The notes under the pieces: model-generated
What the model was told of the DNA's origin: nothing
Database searches by the model: none
What the model saw: only the letters and a program-made list of their open reading frames with translations
Virus record (IMG/VR): IMGVR_UViG_3300007512_000012
Span: 46,938-110,937 of that record
DNA: 64,000 nt
Reading direction: 5' to 3' (one strand)
Source: a virus
Made by a program: the position numbers and the translations under genes
In this document: positions 19,077 through 27,260 of the stretch, one piece after another
Layout of the letters: every line of letters begins with the position of its first letter
How positions within the stretch are numbered: position 1 is the stretch's first letter

Positions 19077-19766
19077 CTACTGGGCCTCCTTCCACTCCGC
19101 CAGAGCCTCCGCCAGATCATCCGATCCGTCCGGGGGGCTGTCCGCGTCGAGCAGGAAGCCTTCAGCCTCCTGCACTACCCGCAGAAGTCGGTCCATCTTG
19201 CGGCTGGTCTCCTCGATGTGGTCGCCCGTCAGGCTCTCGTCCAGCCGCCGCAGGACATCGACGACATCGCGGGGCGCTCCGTCCGAAGGCATCTCGCGAA
19301 GAACCGCCAGCGTCTCGCGCGCAGCGACCAGGTGGTCCCTCGGGGCCAGCAGGAGCCCCAGCCGCCTGTTGATGCCGTCGAGGACTTTGCTGTGCTCCGC
19401 GATGAGGGCCGTCAGGTGCTCCCTCTGCTTCTGGTGCTCGGCCTCCAGCTCGTCCTTCGTCTTGCGGAACTCCAGCTCCATCTGGCGGGCACGCTCCTCC
19501 CGAGCGTTCGCCTGCTGCCAGAGCTGCTGCTTGATGTCGCCCGCGAGCGATGCCGTGGTGTCGAGGTTGTCGGCGAAATCGCCCAAGCTCGACAGGAGCT
19601 TCCCAAGCGCCCCTGCCCCGTCCTGAACGTCACGCGGCAGGGTGACGTTCCCGCTGTACTGCGCATTCGTCAGGGCTTCACCGAGATCCCGCATCATCGT
19701 GCCGAAGTCGCTCACGGGTTGCCCCTCCGATGTCTGATTGAACGCGGTCGTTCCGAGCATGGGCAT
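19077..19766 (-). CDS. Coiled-coil hypothetical protein
   Basis: Heptad-rich helical composition. Confidence 0.6.
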   Translation of the reverse strand: MPMLGTTAFNQTSEGQPVSDFGTMMRDLGEALTNAQYSGNVTLPRDVQDGAGALGKLLSSLGDFADNLDTTASLAGDIKQQLWQQANAREERARQMELEFRKTKDELEAEHQKQREHLTALIAEHSKVLDGINRRLGLLLAPRDHLVAARETLAVLREMPSDGAPRDVVDVLRRLDESLTGDHIEETSRKMDRLLRVVQEAEGFLLDADSPPDGSDDLAEALAEWKEAQ

Positions 19767-19833
19767 GGGCCATCTACTCCCTGCCCCGCCTCACGGAACC
19801 CCCTGGCCGGGTAGAACAAGGCAGGAGAACACC

Positions 19834-20436
19834 ATGACCAAGCCCCACGAACTCGTCGCCCTCATCGACATGGACGGCACCGTCGCCGACTTCGACGGAG
19901 CCATGCGACGGGACCTCGCCACCCTCACCAGCCCCGGCGAGCAGGTGATCGCCGCCGGACCGGACGACTCCGACGAGCCGCTCTGGCTGAAGGCCCGCAA
20001 GAAGCTCACCAAGACCCAGCCGGGCTGGTGGCGGAACCTGCCCGTGTACGGCATCGGGATGGCGGCCTACACCCACCTGCGCGTCGGGGATGTGCTCGCG
20101 GCACCACTCGACCTTCTCGGTCCACGCCTGCGTGCTGCGGTACGGCCCCTTGGTCAGGACCATCATCGTGAAGCCCGCGTCGCGCAGGTGACCATCACCG
20201 AGGACAAGGGCCTGGTCTACGGCAAGGTGCTGGTAGACGACTGGCCCGCCTACGGCATCCGCTGGTTGGAGTGGCGGCCTCGTGGCCTGCTGGTGGTCCC
20301 GGCCTGGCCCTGGAACACGCTCGACCAGTACCCCGAGCACCTACACCCGAACATCATCCGGCTCACCGGGGACTGGCCCACGGAGCTTCCCCTGCTGCTG
20401 GAGCGCATCGCGGCCATCAAGGAGAGCGCACGCTGA
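19834..20436 (+). CDS. HAD-family 5'(3')-deoxyribonucleotidase (NT5C-like) with an internally inverted segment
   Basis: IDMDGTVADF, WWRNLP, K...LVDD, PWN motifs; motif II and the WxEKxxW segment are encoded on the opposite strand at 20084..20180. Confidence 0.85.
   Translation: MTKPHELVALIDMDGTVADFDGAMRRDLATLTSPGEQVIAAGPDDSDEPLWLKARKKLTKTQPGWWRNLPVYGIGMAAYTHLRVGDVLAAPLDLLGPRLRAAVRPLGQDHHREARVAQVTITEDKGLVYGKVLVDDWPAYGIRWLEWRPRGLLVVPAWPWNTLDQYPEHLHPNIIRLTGDWPTELPLLLERIAAIKESAR
20074..20190. repeat. Perfect 10-bp inverted repeat bounding a 97-bp inverted segment
   Basis: cacctgcgcg (20074-20083) and cgcgcaggtg (20181-20190). Confidence 0.9.
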
Positions 20437-20448
20437 TCGGGGCGTCTT

Positions 20449-20490
20449 AAACGACGAAACCCACCGGCCTCCCGAAGGGGCTACGGTGGG
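20449..20490 (-). terminator. Terminator hairpin at the 3' end of the candidate ncRNA
   Basis: cccaccg tagcccc ttcg ggaggc cggtggg followed by tttcgtcgttt on the minus strand. Confidence 0.7.
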
Positions 20491-20921
20491 TCCGCAGATG
20501 ACTGTCACCGGCTGCGGCCTTGTGGGGCCGTTCCCGATGTTGTCCCCGTCCTCCCTTGGGAGGCCGACTTCCGCAACCGCTCTCGCGGGCTGCTTCCGCC
20601 AGACCGAGTCAGGTGAAGGTGATGGTCCCTTCTTCCTCGGCGTGGGTTTCGACCGGAGTTTCCTCCAGCCAGGTATTGGGCTTGAACCCCTCTACCCTGA
20701 CCCCTTGTTCAAGAGGGGTCCCATCGTTGAGGCCAGCGGCTAACTGACCCCCTACTCTGCCGCCTGCTCCCCTTGCCACGGGGTCGGCCTGCGGTAGAGG
20801 CCCCGCCGGGTTTCCCCTTTGGAGCGCGCCAGGATGGCTGTCCTGGCTTCCGGTTCGGGGTGACTGCGGTGCCTAGTCCCGTCTGCCTCGAACCGTGCCG
20901 CTCGGGTCTCCCCGTGCAGCG
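20449..20921 (-). ncRNA. Candidate large structured ncRNA (~470 nt), family unassigned
   Basis: No convincing ORF; dense hairpins capped by GAGA, GAAA, GCAA and UUCG loops on the minus strand; upstream promoter and a 3' terminator hairpin. Confidence 0.7.
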
Positions 20922-20927
20922 AGGGAG

Positions 20928-20956
20928 GTTCTAAACGACCTGGACTCGGGGGTCAA
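20928..20956 (-). promoter_or_regulatory. Sigma70-like promoter TTGACC-N17-TAGAAC with an upstream A-tract
   Basis: Exact 17-bp spacer; gaaaaaa tract ~15-20 bp upstream of -35. Confidence 0.65.
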
Positions 20957-20977
20957 GCGGTTCCCGAACTTTTTTCG

Positions 20978-21190
20978 TCAGCGACGAGTTCGGCGGGTGC
21001 GTGCCCGGAGGATTCGGTCAGCGTGTGCCTCGATGGCCCGGTTGATCCGGTTGTCGCTGAAGAAGGGGATCGGCTCTCCCCGGAGCATCCGGTGGGCCAG
21101 GGTCTTGATCTTCCCGAAGCGCATCATCCCGTCCAATCAGTTGTCGATGATGAGGGCGGCCAGCAGGTAGGTGATCGTGCGCGTCGTCAT
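20978..21190 (-). pseudogene. Small 70-codon ORF interrupted by an in-frame TGA (or a 49-aa ORF from ATG 21127)
   Basis: GGAG RBS; MTTRTITYLLAALIIDN*LDGMMRFGKIKTLAHRMLRGEPIPFFSDNRINRAIEAHADRILRARTRRTRR. Confidence 0.4.
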
Positions 21191-21454
21191 GCTCGGGTTC
21201 TCCAATCCGTTCTGCCCCTACTACTGGCCTGCTCCGGCGGCTGAGCCCCGAGATCGAAAAAAGTTCGAGGGCTCAGAAAAAGCCGCTGGTCGGTGGTGAT
21301 GGTGAAGGCAGGAAGCGAGGCCCCGACAGCCCTTCCCCTCCTGCCGCCACGACGAAGGAGGCCGGATGAAGTGACGACCGATGCGACAGAATCCATTCCG
21401 TCTGACGGCCCCCGGTAGTACCCCTGCCGGGGTGTCCGTCGTTGTGGGGAGCCG

Positions 21455-21494
21455 AAACGACAGCACCCCCGGAGGCCGAAGCCGCCGGGGGTGC
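21455..21494 (-). terminator. Terminator downstream of the major capsid gene
   Basis: gcacccccgg cggc ttcg gcct ccgggggtgc followed by tgtcgttt on the minus strand. Confidence 0.7.
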
Positions 21495-21552
21495 GTCGAG
21501 TGGTGTCCCGAAGGAGCGGCCGGGTCACCGACCGCTCCTCACCGGCCCGCTA

Positions 21553-22425
21553 CTAGCGGGTGACGGTCAGGCGGGCGAGGCCGCGCGGGTTGTAGGCCCC
21601 GAGGCCCAGGTTCTCGAAGATCGAGAAGCCGATCATCCGGCGCTTCGGGTCGTCGGCCGACAGGACCGTCAGCTCGGTGCGGACCGGGATGCGGCCGAAC
21701 ATCTCCGGCTCGCAGCACAGGTACACCGTGCCGTTGGGCACGAGGCGGCTGGTGACGACGTTGGCCCCGTAGATGACCCCCTGGAGGCCCGTCTTCAGGA
21801 GCGTCGCCTGCGACTCGATGTCGAGGATGTCGCGGCCGAACTTGCGGATGTCCGCGTAGTCCCGCGCGTTCATGTAGATGCGGGCGACCCGGAGGTCGTG
21901 CCGCTCGATGAGCGCGAAGGCGTCCGCCAGCACCGCGCCCGAGATCGGGGCGATGACGGGGATGTCGGCGTTGAGCTGACCCGGCAGGGAGTCGAAGCCC
22001 GCCGTGGCGACGGCGTCGAGGACGGCGAAGACGCGCTCGTCCTCGGCGGCCTGGATCTGCGCCCGGCCGAGGTCCTGGGACCGCTCGATCAGGTCGAAGC
22101 GGCGCTCCTTGATCTGGGTGAGCGGGATCTCCGGGTTCGACGCGATCTCGAAGAGCGGGAAGATCACCCGGCGCGGCTTGGTGACCGCGAGGATGTTCTG
22201 GCCCTCTTCGCCGACCACGTAGGCGGTGATGTCGGGGTCCTTGTCGTAGATGGGCAGCGCACCGTCGGGGAGCTGCTCGACCAGGAAGGTCTTGCGGCCC
22301 ACGGCGGCGTAGTCCCGCCGCGTGCGGAGGGGCTGCGTCATCGACGCGGCGAGCTTGGCGCGACCCTGCGGGGTCTTGATGTACTCGCCGATGATCTTCT
22401 GCTTGACGGCGTTGGTGGCGTTCAT
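21553..22425 (-). CDS. Major capsid protein (HK97 fold)
   Basis: Follows protease, scaffold and decoration genes; strong RBS and codon bias; GRAKLAASMTQPLR..DY..VGRK.FLVEQLPDGALPIY, IQAAED, GxIYGANVVTSRLVP, final NPRG. Confidence 0.88.
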   Translation of the reverse strand: MNATNAVKQKIIGEYIKTPQGRAKLAASMTQPLRTRRDYAAVGRKTFLVEQLPDGALPIYDKDPDITAYVVGEEGQNILAVTKPRRVIFPLFEIASNPEIPLTQIKERRFDLIERSQDLGRAQIQAAEDERVFAVLDAVATAGFDSLPGQLNADIPVIAPISGAVLADAFALIERHDLRVARIYMNARDYADIRKFGRDILDIESQATLLKTGLQGVIYGANVVTSRLVPNGTVYLCCEPEMFGRIPVRTELTVLSADDPKRRMIGFSIFENLGLGAYNPRGLARLTVTR

Positions 22426-22438
22426 GTCCTGGTCCTCC

Positions 22439-23128
22439 TCAGATGCGCTGGTCGTAGACCAGGTCGCCCTGGACGGCGTCGGGGACCATCTTCACGGTCC
22501 CGATGACGGTGGGAAGGGACATCGCGCCTCCGGCAGCGATGACGGGGGCGGCCAGCGCGGCGAAGTTCGCCAGCATGTCCACACCCTCCCACGTCTGCTC
22601 CGTCGAGACGGCGGCGTAGTCGGCGGCGATGATGTTGGTCAGGTAGCCGTTCCGCGAGGCGAAGAGGGCCTGGCCGACGTTGTAGGCGGTGAGCGCGTTG
22701 CCCAGGTTCAAGCCCGTCAGGACGGAGTCCTCGAACAGCGTGTTGCCGAACGTGCCCTGCCCCGAGACGTAGGGACCCTTGCCGGACGCGGTGCCGGGGG
22801 TGTTCTCGAAGGCGTTGCCGTTCGCGCTGTTGATGAAGACGCCGAGGATGCCGACGTTCGCGGTGCCGACCGCCGCCGGTCCGCCGATGAAGTTGGACCC
22901 GCCGCCCGCGTCACCGCGCGAGAAGCACACGGAGCCGGAGAGGACGCCCGTGAGGGTCTGGTCCACCTGGGCCGTGATGGTCGCCACGGCGACGACCTGG
23001 GGGGGGTTGGTCTGGGTGAACGAGTCGTCGGTCAGGACGCCGATGCTGTTCGCGATCCCGAGGTTCAGGATGCGCAGCGCGCTGCTCGACTCCGTCCATC
23101 CACCGCTTGCCTGTCCGAGCAGAGGCAT
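22439..23128 (-). CDS. Putative capsid decoration/cement protein
   Basis: Directly upstream of the MCP; Gly/Ala/beta-rich; SGKGPY, YNVGQALFAS..GYLT motifs. Confidence 0.65.
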   Translation of the reverse strand: MPLLGQASGGWTESSSALRILNLGIANSIGVLTDDSFTQTNPPQVVAVATITAQVDQTLTGVLSGSVCFSRGDAGGGSNFIGGPAAVGTANVGILGVFINSANGNAFENTPGTASGKGPYVSGQGTFGNTLFEDSVLTGLNLGNALTAYNVGQALFASRNGYLTNIIAADYAAVSTEQTWEGVDMLANFAALAAPVIAAGGAMSLPTVIGTVKMVPDAVQGDLVYDQRI

Positions 23129-23239
23129 GATGCCCTCCTACTCCCTGTTTCCAGGGCTGGGTTTCTGGATGACCCACCCGCCAGGCGGTTGAGCCTCGAA
23201 GTTCGGCCGAGACGCCACCGTGGCGACGCGACCTCTTGT

Positions 23240-23260
23240 CTATATGCAGCGGGGTATCGG
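23240..23260 (-). promoter_or_regulatory. Putative phage late promoter variant (CCGAT-N12-ATAG)
   Basis: Variant copy upstream of the decoration and MCP genes. Confidence 0.55.
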
Positions 23261-23351
23261 CTAAATAGTGGGGGTTCCTCGAAGAAACCCCCTTTGCCAC
23301 CCACCTCCCCCCGATTCACGGGAGGAGGTGGGGGAGGGGTTCAGCGACCGA

Positions 23352-24869
23352 TCAGGAGAAGCTGCCGCTCACGTCCGGGTCGGAGGCCCAGAGGTTCGAC
23401 AGCTCGGCGATCTCGTTGCCGCCGCTGGAGGCGACCTTCGGGACCTGGCCGACCGACTTGACGCCCTTGGACGCCTTGCGGGCCTGCGGCTGGAGGATGG
23501 CCGCGAGGCTGGCCTCCTTGTCGCTGCCCTCGTCGTCGCCCTCGTCCTCGTCCTCGGAGCCGAAGACCTCGTTGAAGGCGGCCTTGTCGGCGGCCGTCAG
23601 CTCGGTCCCGTCCGAGAGGCCCATCGGGTCGAAGCCGGTGGCGAAGAACTCGGCGTCGGAGGCCTCCTTGTCGGAGCCGCCCTCGTCCTCGTCGTCGTCG
23701 CCGCCCTCGTCGTCGGAGCCCTCGTCGTCACCGCCCTCGTCGTCGGAGCCCTCGTCCTCGTCGTCCTCGGACTTCTTGGCGGCCTCCTTGTCGGAGCCCT
23801 CCTCGTCGTCCTCGTCGTCGGAGGCGTTCTTCGAGGCCATCACGTCGCCGCAGGCGATCTCGCCGTCGTCCACCAGCTCGTCGTCCATGCCGTACTGCAT
23901 GGCCTGGAGCATCTCCAGCTCGTCGTCGTCGAACTCGGCGACGTGGCCGAAGGCGGTCTTGTCGGACGCCTCCTTGTCGGAGCCCTCGTCGTCGTCGGAC
24001 TCGTCCTCGGAGCCCTCCTTCTTCTTGGCCTCGCACATCTCCTGCATCTTGCCGTCGAGCTTCTCGCAGCCCGCGAGGACCTCGGCCCGAGCGATGATGC
24101 CGTCGTTGTCGGTGTCGAGGGACGCGAACATGGCGCGGGGGCCGGTCCAGTCCTCGGCCGTCACGAAGCCGTCGCCGTCCAGGTCGAAGGCGTCGAACAT
24201 CGCCATGACGGGGTTCGCGGCCTTGTCCGAGACGGCCGCCTCTTCCTTCTTCGCCTCCTGCTCGGACTTGCCGGAGGTGCCGAGGGTCTCGCCGCCGGGG
24301 TCGTTCTGGTCGGCGCTCTTGAGCGCCTTCAGCTCGGCCTCCATCGCGGCCAGGCGGGCCTCCATCGGGTCCAGGGCCGGGGCCTCGTCCTCGGGGAACA
24401 TCCCGAGCAGCTCCTCCTCCATCGAGAGGAAGTCGCCGCCGAGGCGCTCGACCGAGGCCTCCAGGGCGGTGTCGTCCATGCTCATGTAGCCGAACGCCTG
24501 GTTCTCGATGTCGTCCCACGACGCGGTCTTGCCGAGCGTGGCCCGCGCGAGCACGAGGCACTTGGCCGACTTGCGCCGGACGAGCTGCATCAGGTTGGCC
24601 TGGCGGCCGACCTGCCCGGTGTGGGCCGGGTGGTCCTGGTCCTCGACCCCGTAGCCGGGCGTCGCGGGCGGGCCGCTGTCCCCGTAGGGCGGCGGGTGAA
24701 CGTCCTCGGCGAACTCCGAGGGGCCGCCGATGTTGTAGTCGTCCTTGCCCGGATCGTCCTGGGTGTGGGCCGGGTGGTCCTGGTCCTCGACTCCGTAGCC
24801 GGGGGTTGCGGGGGGAGCAGCCGCCTCACGGTCGAGGGCCGCCCACGTCATGCGCTGACGAGTGCTCAT
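23352..24869 (-). CDS. Putative capsid scaffolding protein, very acidic, with an EF-hand pair
   Basis: Between protease and capsid genes; Asp/Glu-rich repeats, repeated GSDKEA; loops DLDGDGFVTAED and DTDNDGIIARAE. Confidence 0.72.
   Translation of the reverse strand: MSTRQRMTWAALDREAAAPPATPGYGVEDQDHPAHTQDDPGKDDYNIGGPSEFAEDVHPPPYGDSGPPATPGYGVEDQDHPAHTGQVGRQANLMQLVRRKSAKCLVLARATLGKTASWDDIENQAFGYMSMDDTALEASVERLGGDFLSMEEELLGMFPEDEAPALDPMEARLAAMEAELKALKSADQNDPGGETLGTSGKSEQEAKKEEAAVSDKAANPVMAMFDAFDLDGDGFVTAEDWTGPRAMFASLDTDNDGIIARAEVLAGCEKLDGKMQEMCEAKKKEGSEDESDDDEGSDKEASDKTAFGHVAEFDDDELEMLQAMQYGMDDELVDDGEIACGDVMASKNASDDEDDEEGSDKEAAKKSEDDEDEGSDDEGGDDEGSDDEGGDDDEDEGGSDKEASDAEFFATGFDPMGLSDGTELTAADKAAFNEVFGSEDEDEGDDEGSDKEASLAAILQPQARKASKGVKSVGQVPKVASSGGNEIAELSNLWASDPDVSGSFS
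24618..24815 (-). repeat. Two 54-bp direct repeats encoding PPATPGYGVEDQDHPAHT
   Basis: 24618-24671 and 24762-24815; identical peptide with synonymous differences. Confidence 0.9.
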
Positions 24870-26332
24870 CGCTTCGTCTCCTTGCCTGTGGCGACTGCCA
24901 GGGATGGGTTCCTGCTCCCGTTGCGATCCTGGCCTCGCCGCGAGATGAGCTTGCCGAGCTTGATCAAGGTCTGTGCCTCGGCGGTTGTGGGCTTGCGGCC
25001 GAGCGCCGCTCGACAAGCCCGGAGGAATTGACTCGACGAGCTGTACTCGCCGATGTCGCCGAGCTGCGCAGCAGCCCGGTACACAGGCACGGGGATCTCC
25101 ACCCCGTACTCCGCGTGCAGTAGGGCCACCTTGTCCATCAGGTCGGTGTCGCTCGAAGCGTGCCGACAGAGGAAAGCCACAGTGGCGTCGTACACCGCCG
25201 CCTGCTTGACCACGTTGTCGTTGGGAGCCGCCGAAGACTCCTCGGGACCGAGGGCCTCGTCGAGGTCCTTCTGGTCCATGTCCTTCTTGAGCTTCTTCTT
25301 GACCCGATCCCGCATGTGATCGGTCAGCTCACGTTCCATGTCGTCGAACGGGCCGCCCTCGTCCTTCTTCTCGGCCGGGGCGTCCACGTCGTCGTCTTCG
25401 TCGCCCCACCCGGCCATGAAGTGGTCGCCGCCGAAGGCGAGGGCAGCGGCCTTGCGGCGGGTGCCCTTCGTCCACTCCTCCGGGGGAGTCGCGAGGATGG
25501 CCGAGGCGGCCTTGCCGAGCTTGTCGCCCTGGTGGATGGCGAGCACGTTGCGGAGGACCGCGCCCGTGAAGGCGGGGGTGCCGACCCAGGACGCCTCGAT
25601 GAAGTGGACGCCGCCGGTCGGGTCGAGGCTCGGGTGACCGCACAGCTCCGCGACGCGGTGCTGACGCCCCTGCTCGTCGAAGAAGACGTTCCCCTTCTCG
25701 TACTTGATGTGGGGGCACATCTCCGTCTCGTCGGCGGCCCAGTGCCCGCACTTCGTGCAGATGGTGCCATCGACGGTGCAGCCCATCGACAGGGTGCCCA
25801 TCTTGCCGGACTCGATGGCCTCGACCAGGTCCGCGTGCTTGCGGTCCGTGGCGATGAGGATGTCCACGTAGACCGAGTCGCCGATGTCGCGAGCGACCGC
25901 GTCGATGACCCGGCCCTTCGACAGCTCCTCGACCTGGACGTGCTCGACGAAGTTCTGCGCCCCGATGAAGGTCCGGTAGCTCTTGAGCAGAACGTCCCGG
26001 TCCCAGGCGTCGAGGTTGTTGTTGATGAACTTGTCGCAGCCGAGCTTGACCCGGAACTTGCCGTACTTCCGGTTGATCCTGAAGCCGCCCTCGGAGTGCT
26101 TGCCGAGCTTCGTGTTCGGCGGCTCGAAGGTGTCCACCGACGCCACGATGGTCGCGTGGGTCAGCAGGTAGTCGCTCGGGTTGAAGGGCTTGCCGAAGAT
26201 CTCCGACGCGCGGTCGATGAGGTTCTCCGACACCTCCGCAGCGGCCTTGGCGGCCGTGCGAACCTTCGCCCAGCCCGCACGTCCGACGTGCGGGGTGACG
26301 ACCTCAGCCCTGGCGTACTTCAGGAAGGCCAT
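24866..26332 (-). CDS. Prohead (maturation) protease with Cys-rich insertion
   Basis: NNNLDAW, TFIGAQNFVEH (His), KGRVIDA, LSMGC (Ser), CTKCGH...CPH, FIEASWVGTPA; fits HK97/assemblin-type protease motifs. Confidence 0.82.
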   Translation of the reverse strand: MAFLKYARAEVVTPHVGRAGWAKVRTAAKAAAEVSENLIDRASEIFGKPFNPSDYLLTHATIVASVDTFEPPNTKLGKHSEGGFRINRKYGKFRVKLGCDKFINNNLDAWDRDVLLKSYRTFIGAQNFVEHVQVEELSKGRVIDAVARDIGDSVYVDILIATDRKHADLVEAIESGKMGTLSMGCTVDGTICTKCGHWAADETEMCPHIKYEKGNVFFDEQGRQHRVAELCGHPSLDPTGGVHFIEASWVGTPAFTGAVLRNVLAIHQGDKLGKAASAILATPPEEWTKGTRRKAAALAFGGDHFMAGWGDEDDDVDAPAEKKDEGGPFDDMERELTDHMRDRVKKKLKKDMDQKDLDEALGPEESSAAPNDNVVKQAAVYDATVAFLCRHASSDTDLMDKVALLHAEYGVEIPVPVYRAAAQLGDIGEYSSSSQFLRACRAALGRKPTTAEAQTLIKLGKLISRRGQDRNGSRNPSLAVATGKETKR

Positions 26333-27234
26333 CAGGCAGCCTCCACCGGGTTGCCGTCGAGGTCGCAGGCCAGGACTCGGTCGCTGCCGTCACCGTCGAA
26401 GCCGAAGCTCTTGCGGTACTCGGAGTCGTCCGGGTCCACCACGATCTCGAAGCTGTGCCCGACACCACCGATCTTGCCGATGTACGCGAGCATCCGGGCC
26501 ATCGACTCGGCCCCGTCGCCGTTGCCGCTGAACTTCACCGTGAGGGTGCGCTCGTCGGCTGCCGACTTCACCTGCTGGACCAGGTCGAACCCCTGGTCCA
26601 TCGTGCCGTCCCACTCCGCCTGCAAGTCGTTCTGCTGGCCGTCGTCGTTGGGCTCGTAGGCCGGGTCGCCGATGATCTGGTCCCGCTTGATGAGGAACAT
26701 GCAGTGCGGGCACCCGAGCAGGCGGTGGCTCTGGCCGTCCACCCGCTTGTAGTTCGCCGGGCGGAGGTGGATGGGGTTGCCCTCGTCGTCGGCCTTGCAC
26801 TTCGGGCAGGCGTACTTCCCGCCGTCCAGTTCGGCCTTCGTGCCCCGGTAGTGGCGGTCCTTGCTGGCCCAGTAGAGGGCCGACTTGATCCAGGCGTGGC
26901 TGATCCGGTCGATGGACAGGCGGGCAGCCGACTTCGCCACAGGCCCACCAGGCACGCTCACGGTCCCCGCCCCGCCGGGAACCGTGCTGTGCTCTGGATC
27001 GGGCGTCTTCGTGATGATGTCGGTCACCCTCTGCACGTCTTCGACCGGGTAGCGGCCGGAACCCCACGGGAAGTCGATGTCCACCTGGCCGATGCCAGGC
27101 CACACCGCAGTCACCGTCCCCGCCTGCGACTCGTCCGTCGCTCCACCCGCAAGCGGGTACGCCAGGTCACCAACAGCGAACTCGGAGGCCCGCTGCTGGT
27201 AATCGACGAAGACGGTGGCGTGGCGATTCCCCAC
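26332..27234 (-). CDS. Modular hypothetical head-region protein with a zinc ribbon
   Basis: CPKC...CPHC; segments separated by three KSA motifs. Confidence 0.7.
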   Translation of the reverse strand: MGNRHATVFVDYQQRASEFAVGDLAYPLAGGATDESQAGTVTAVWPGIGQVDIDFPWGSGRYPVEDVQRVTDIITKTPDPEHSTVPGGAGTVSVPGGPVAKSAARLSIDRISHAWIKSALYWASKDRHYRGTKAELDGGKYACPKCKADDEGNPIHLRPANYKRVDGQSHRLLGCPHCMFLIKRDQIIGDPAYEPNDDGQQNDLQAEWDGTMDQGFDLVQQVKSAADERTLTVKFSGNGDGAESMARMLAYIGKIGGVGHSFEIVVDPDDSEYRKSFGFDGDGSDRVLACDLDGNPVEAA

Positions 27235-27260
27235 GGTACGACCTCCTGGTCCGAGGCCGG

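Noticed and set aside
20449-20921. RNase P RNA, tmRNA or tRNA identity for the structured region
   Set aside because: GGAGGAAACUCC resembles the RNase P GAGGAAAGUCC but is central and self-pairs, and I see no matching 3' P4 motif; no tRNA-like acceptor/T-arm ends are visible
21137-21139. Genome-wide TGA reassignment
   Set aside because: Conserved genes such as the MCP-adjacent decoration gene, recA and dnaN end at TGA at the expected lengths, and TAG is also used as a stop
21187-21528. ORFs 21187..21528 and 21221..21466 downstream of the MCP
   Set aside because: They cross the MCP terminator and lack an RBS and phage codon bias
23510-24015. Short tcgtcgtcggagccc-type repeats as a CRISPR or DNA-level array
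   Set aside because: In-frame coding repeats for Asp/Glu/Gly/Ser tracts of the scaffold, irregular and without unique spacers
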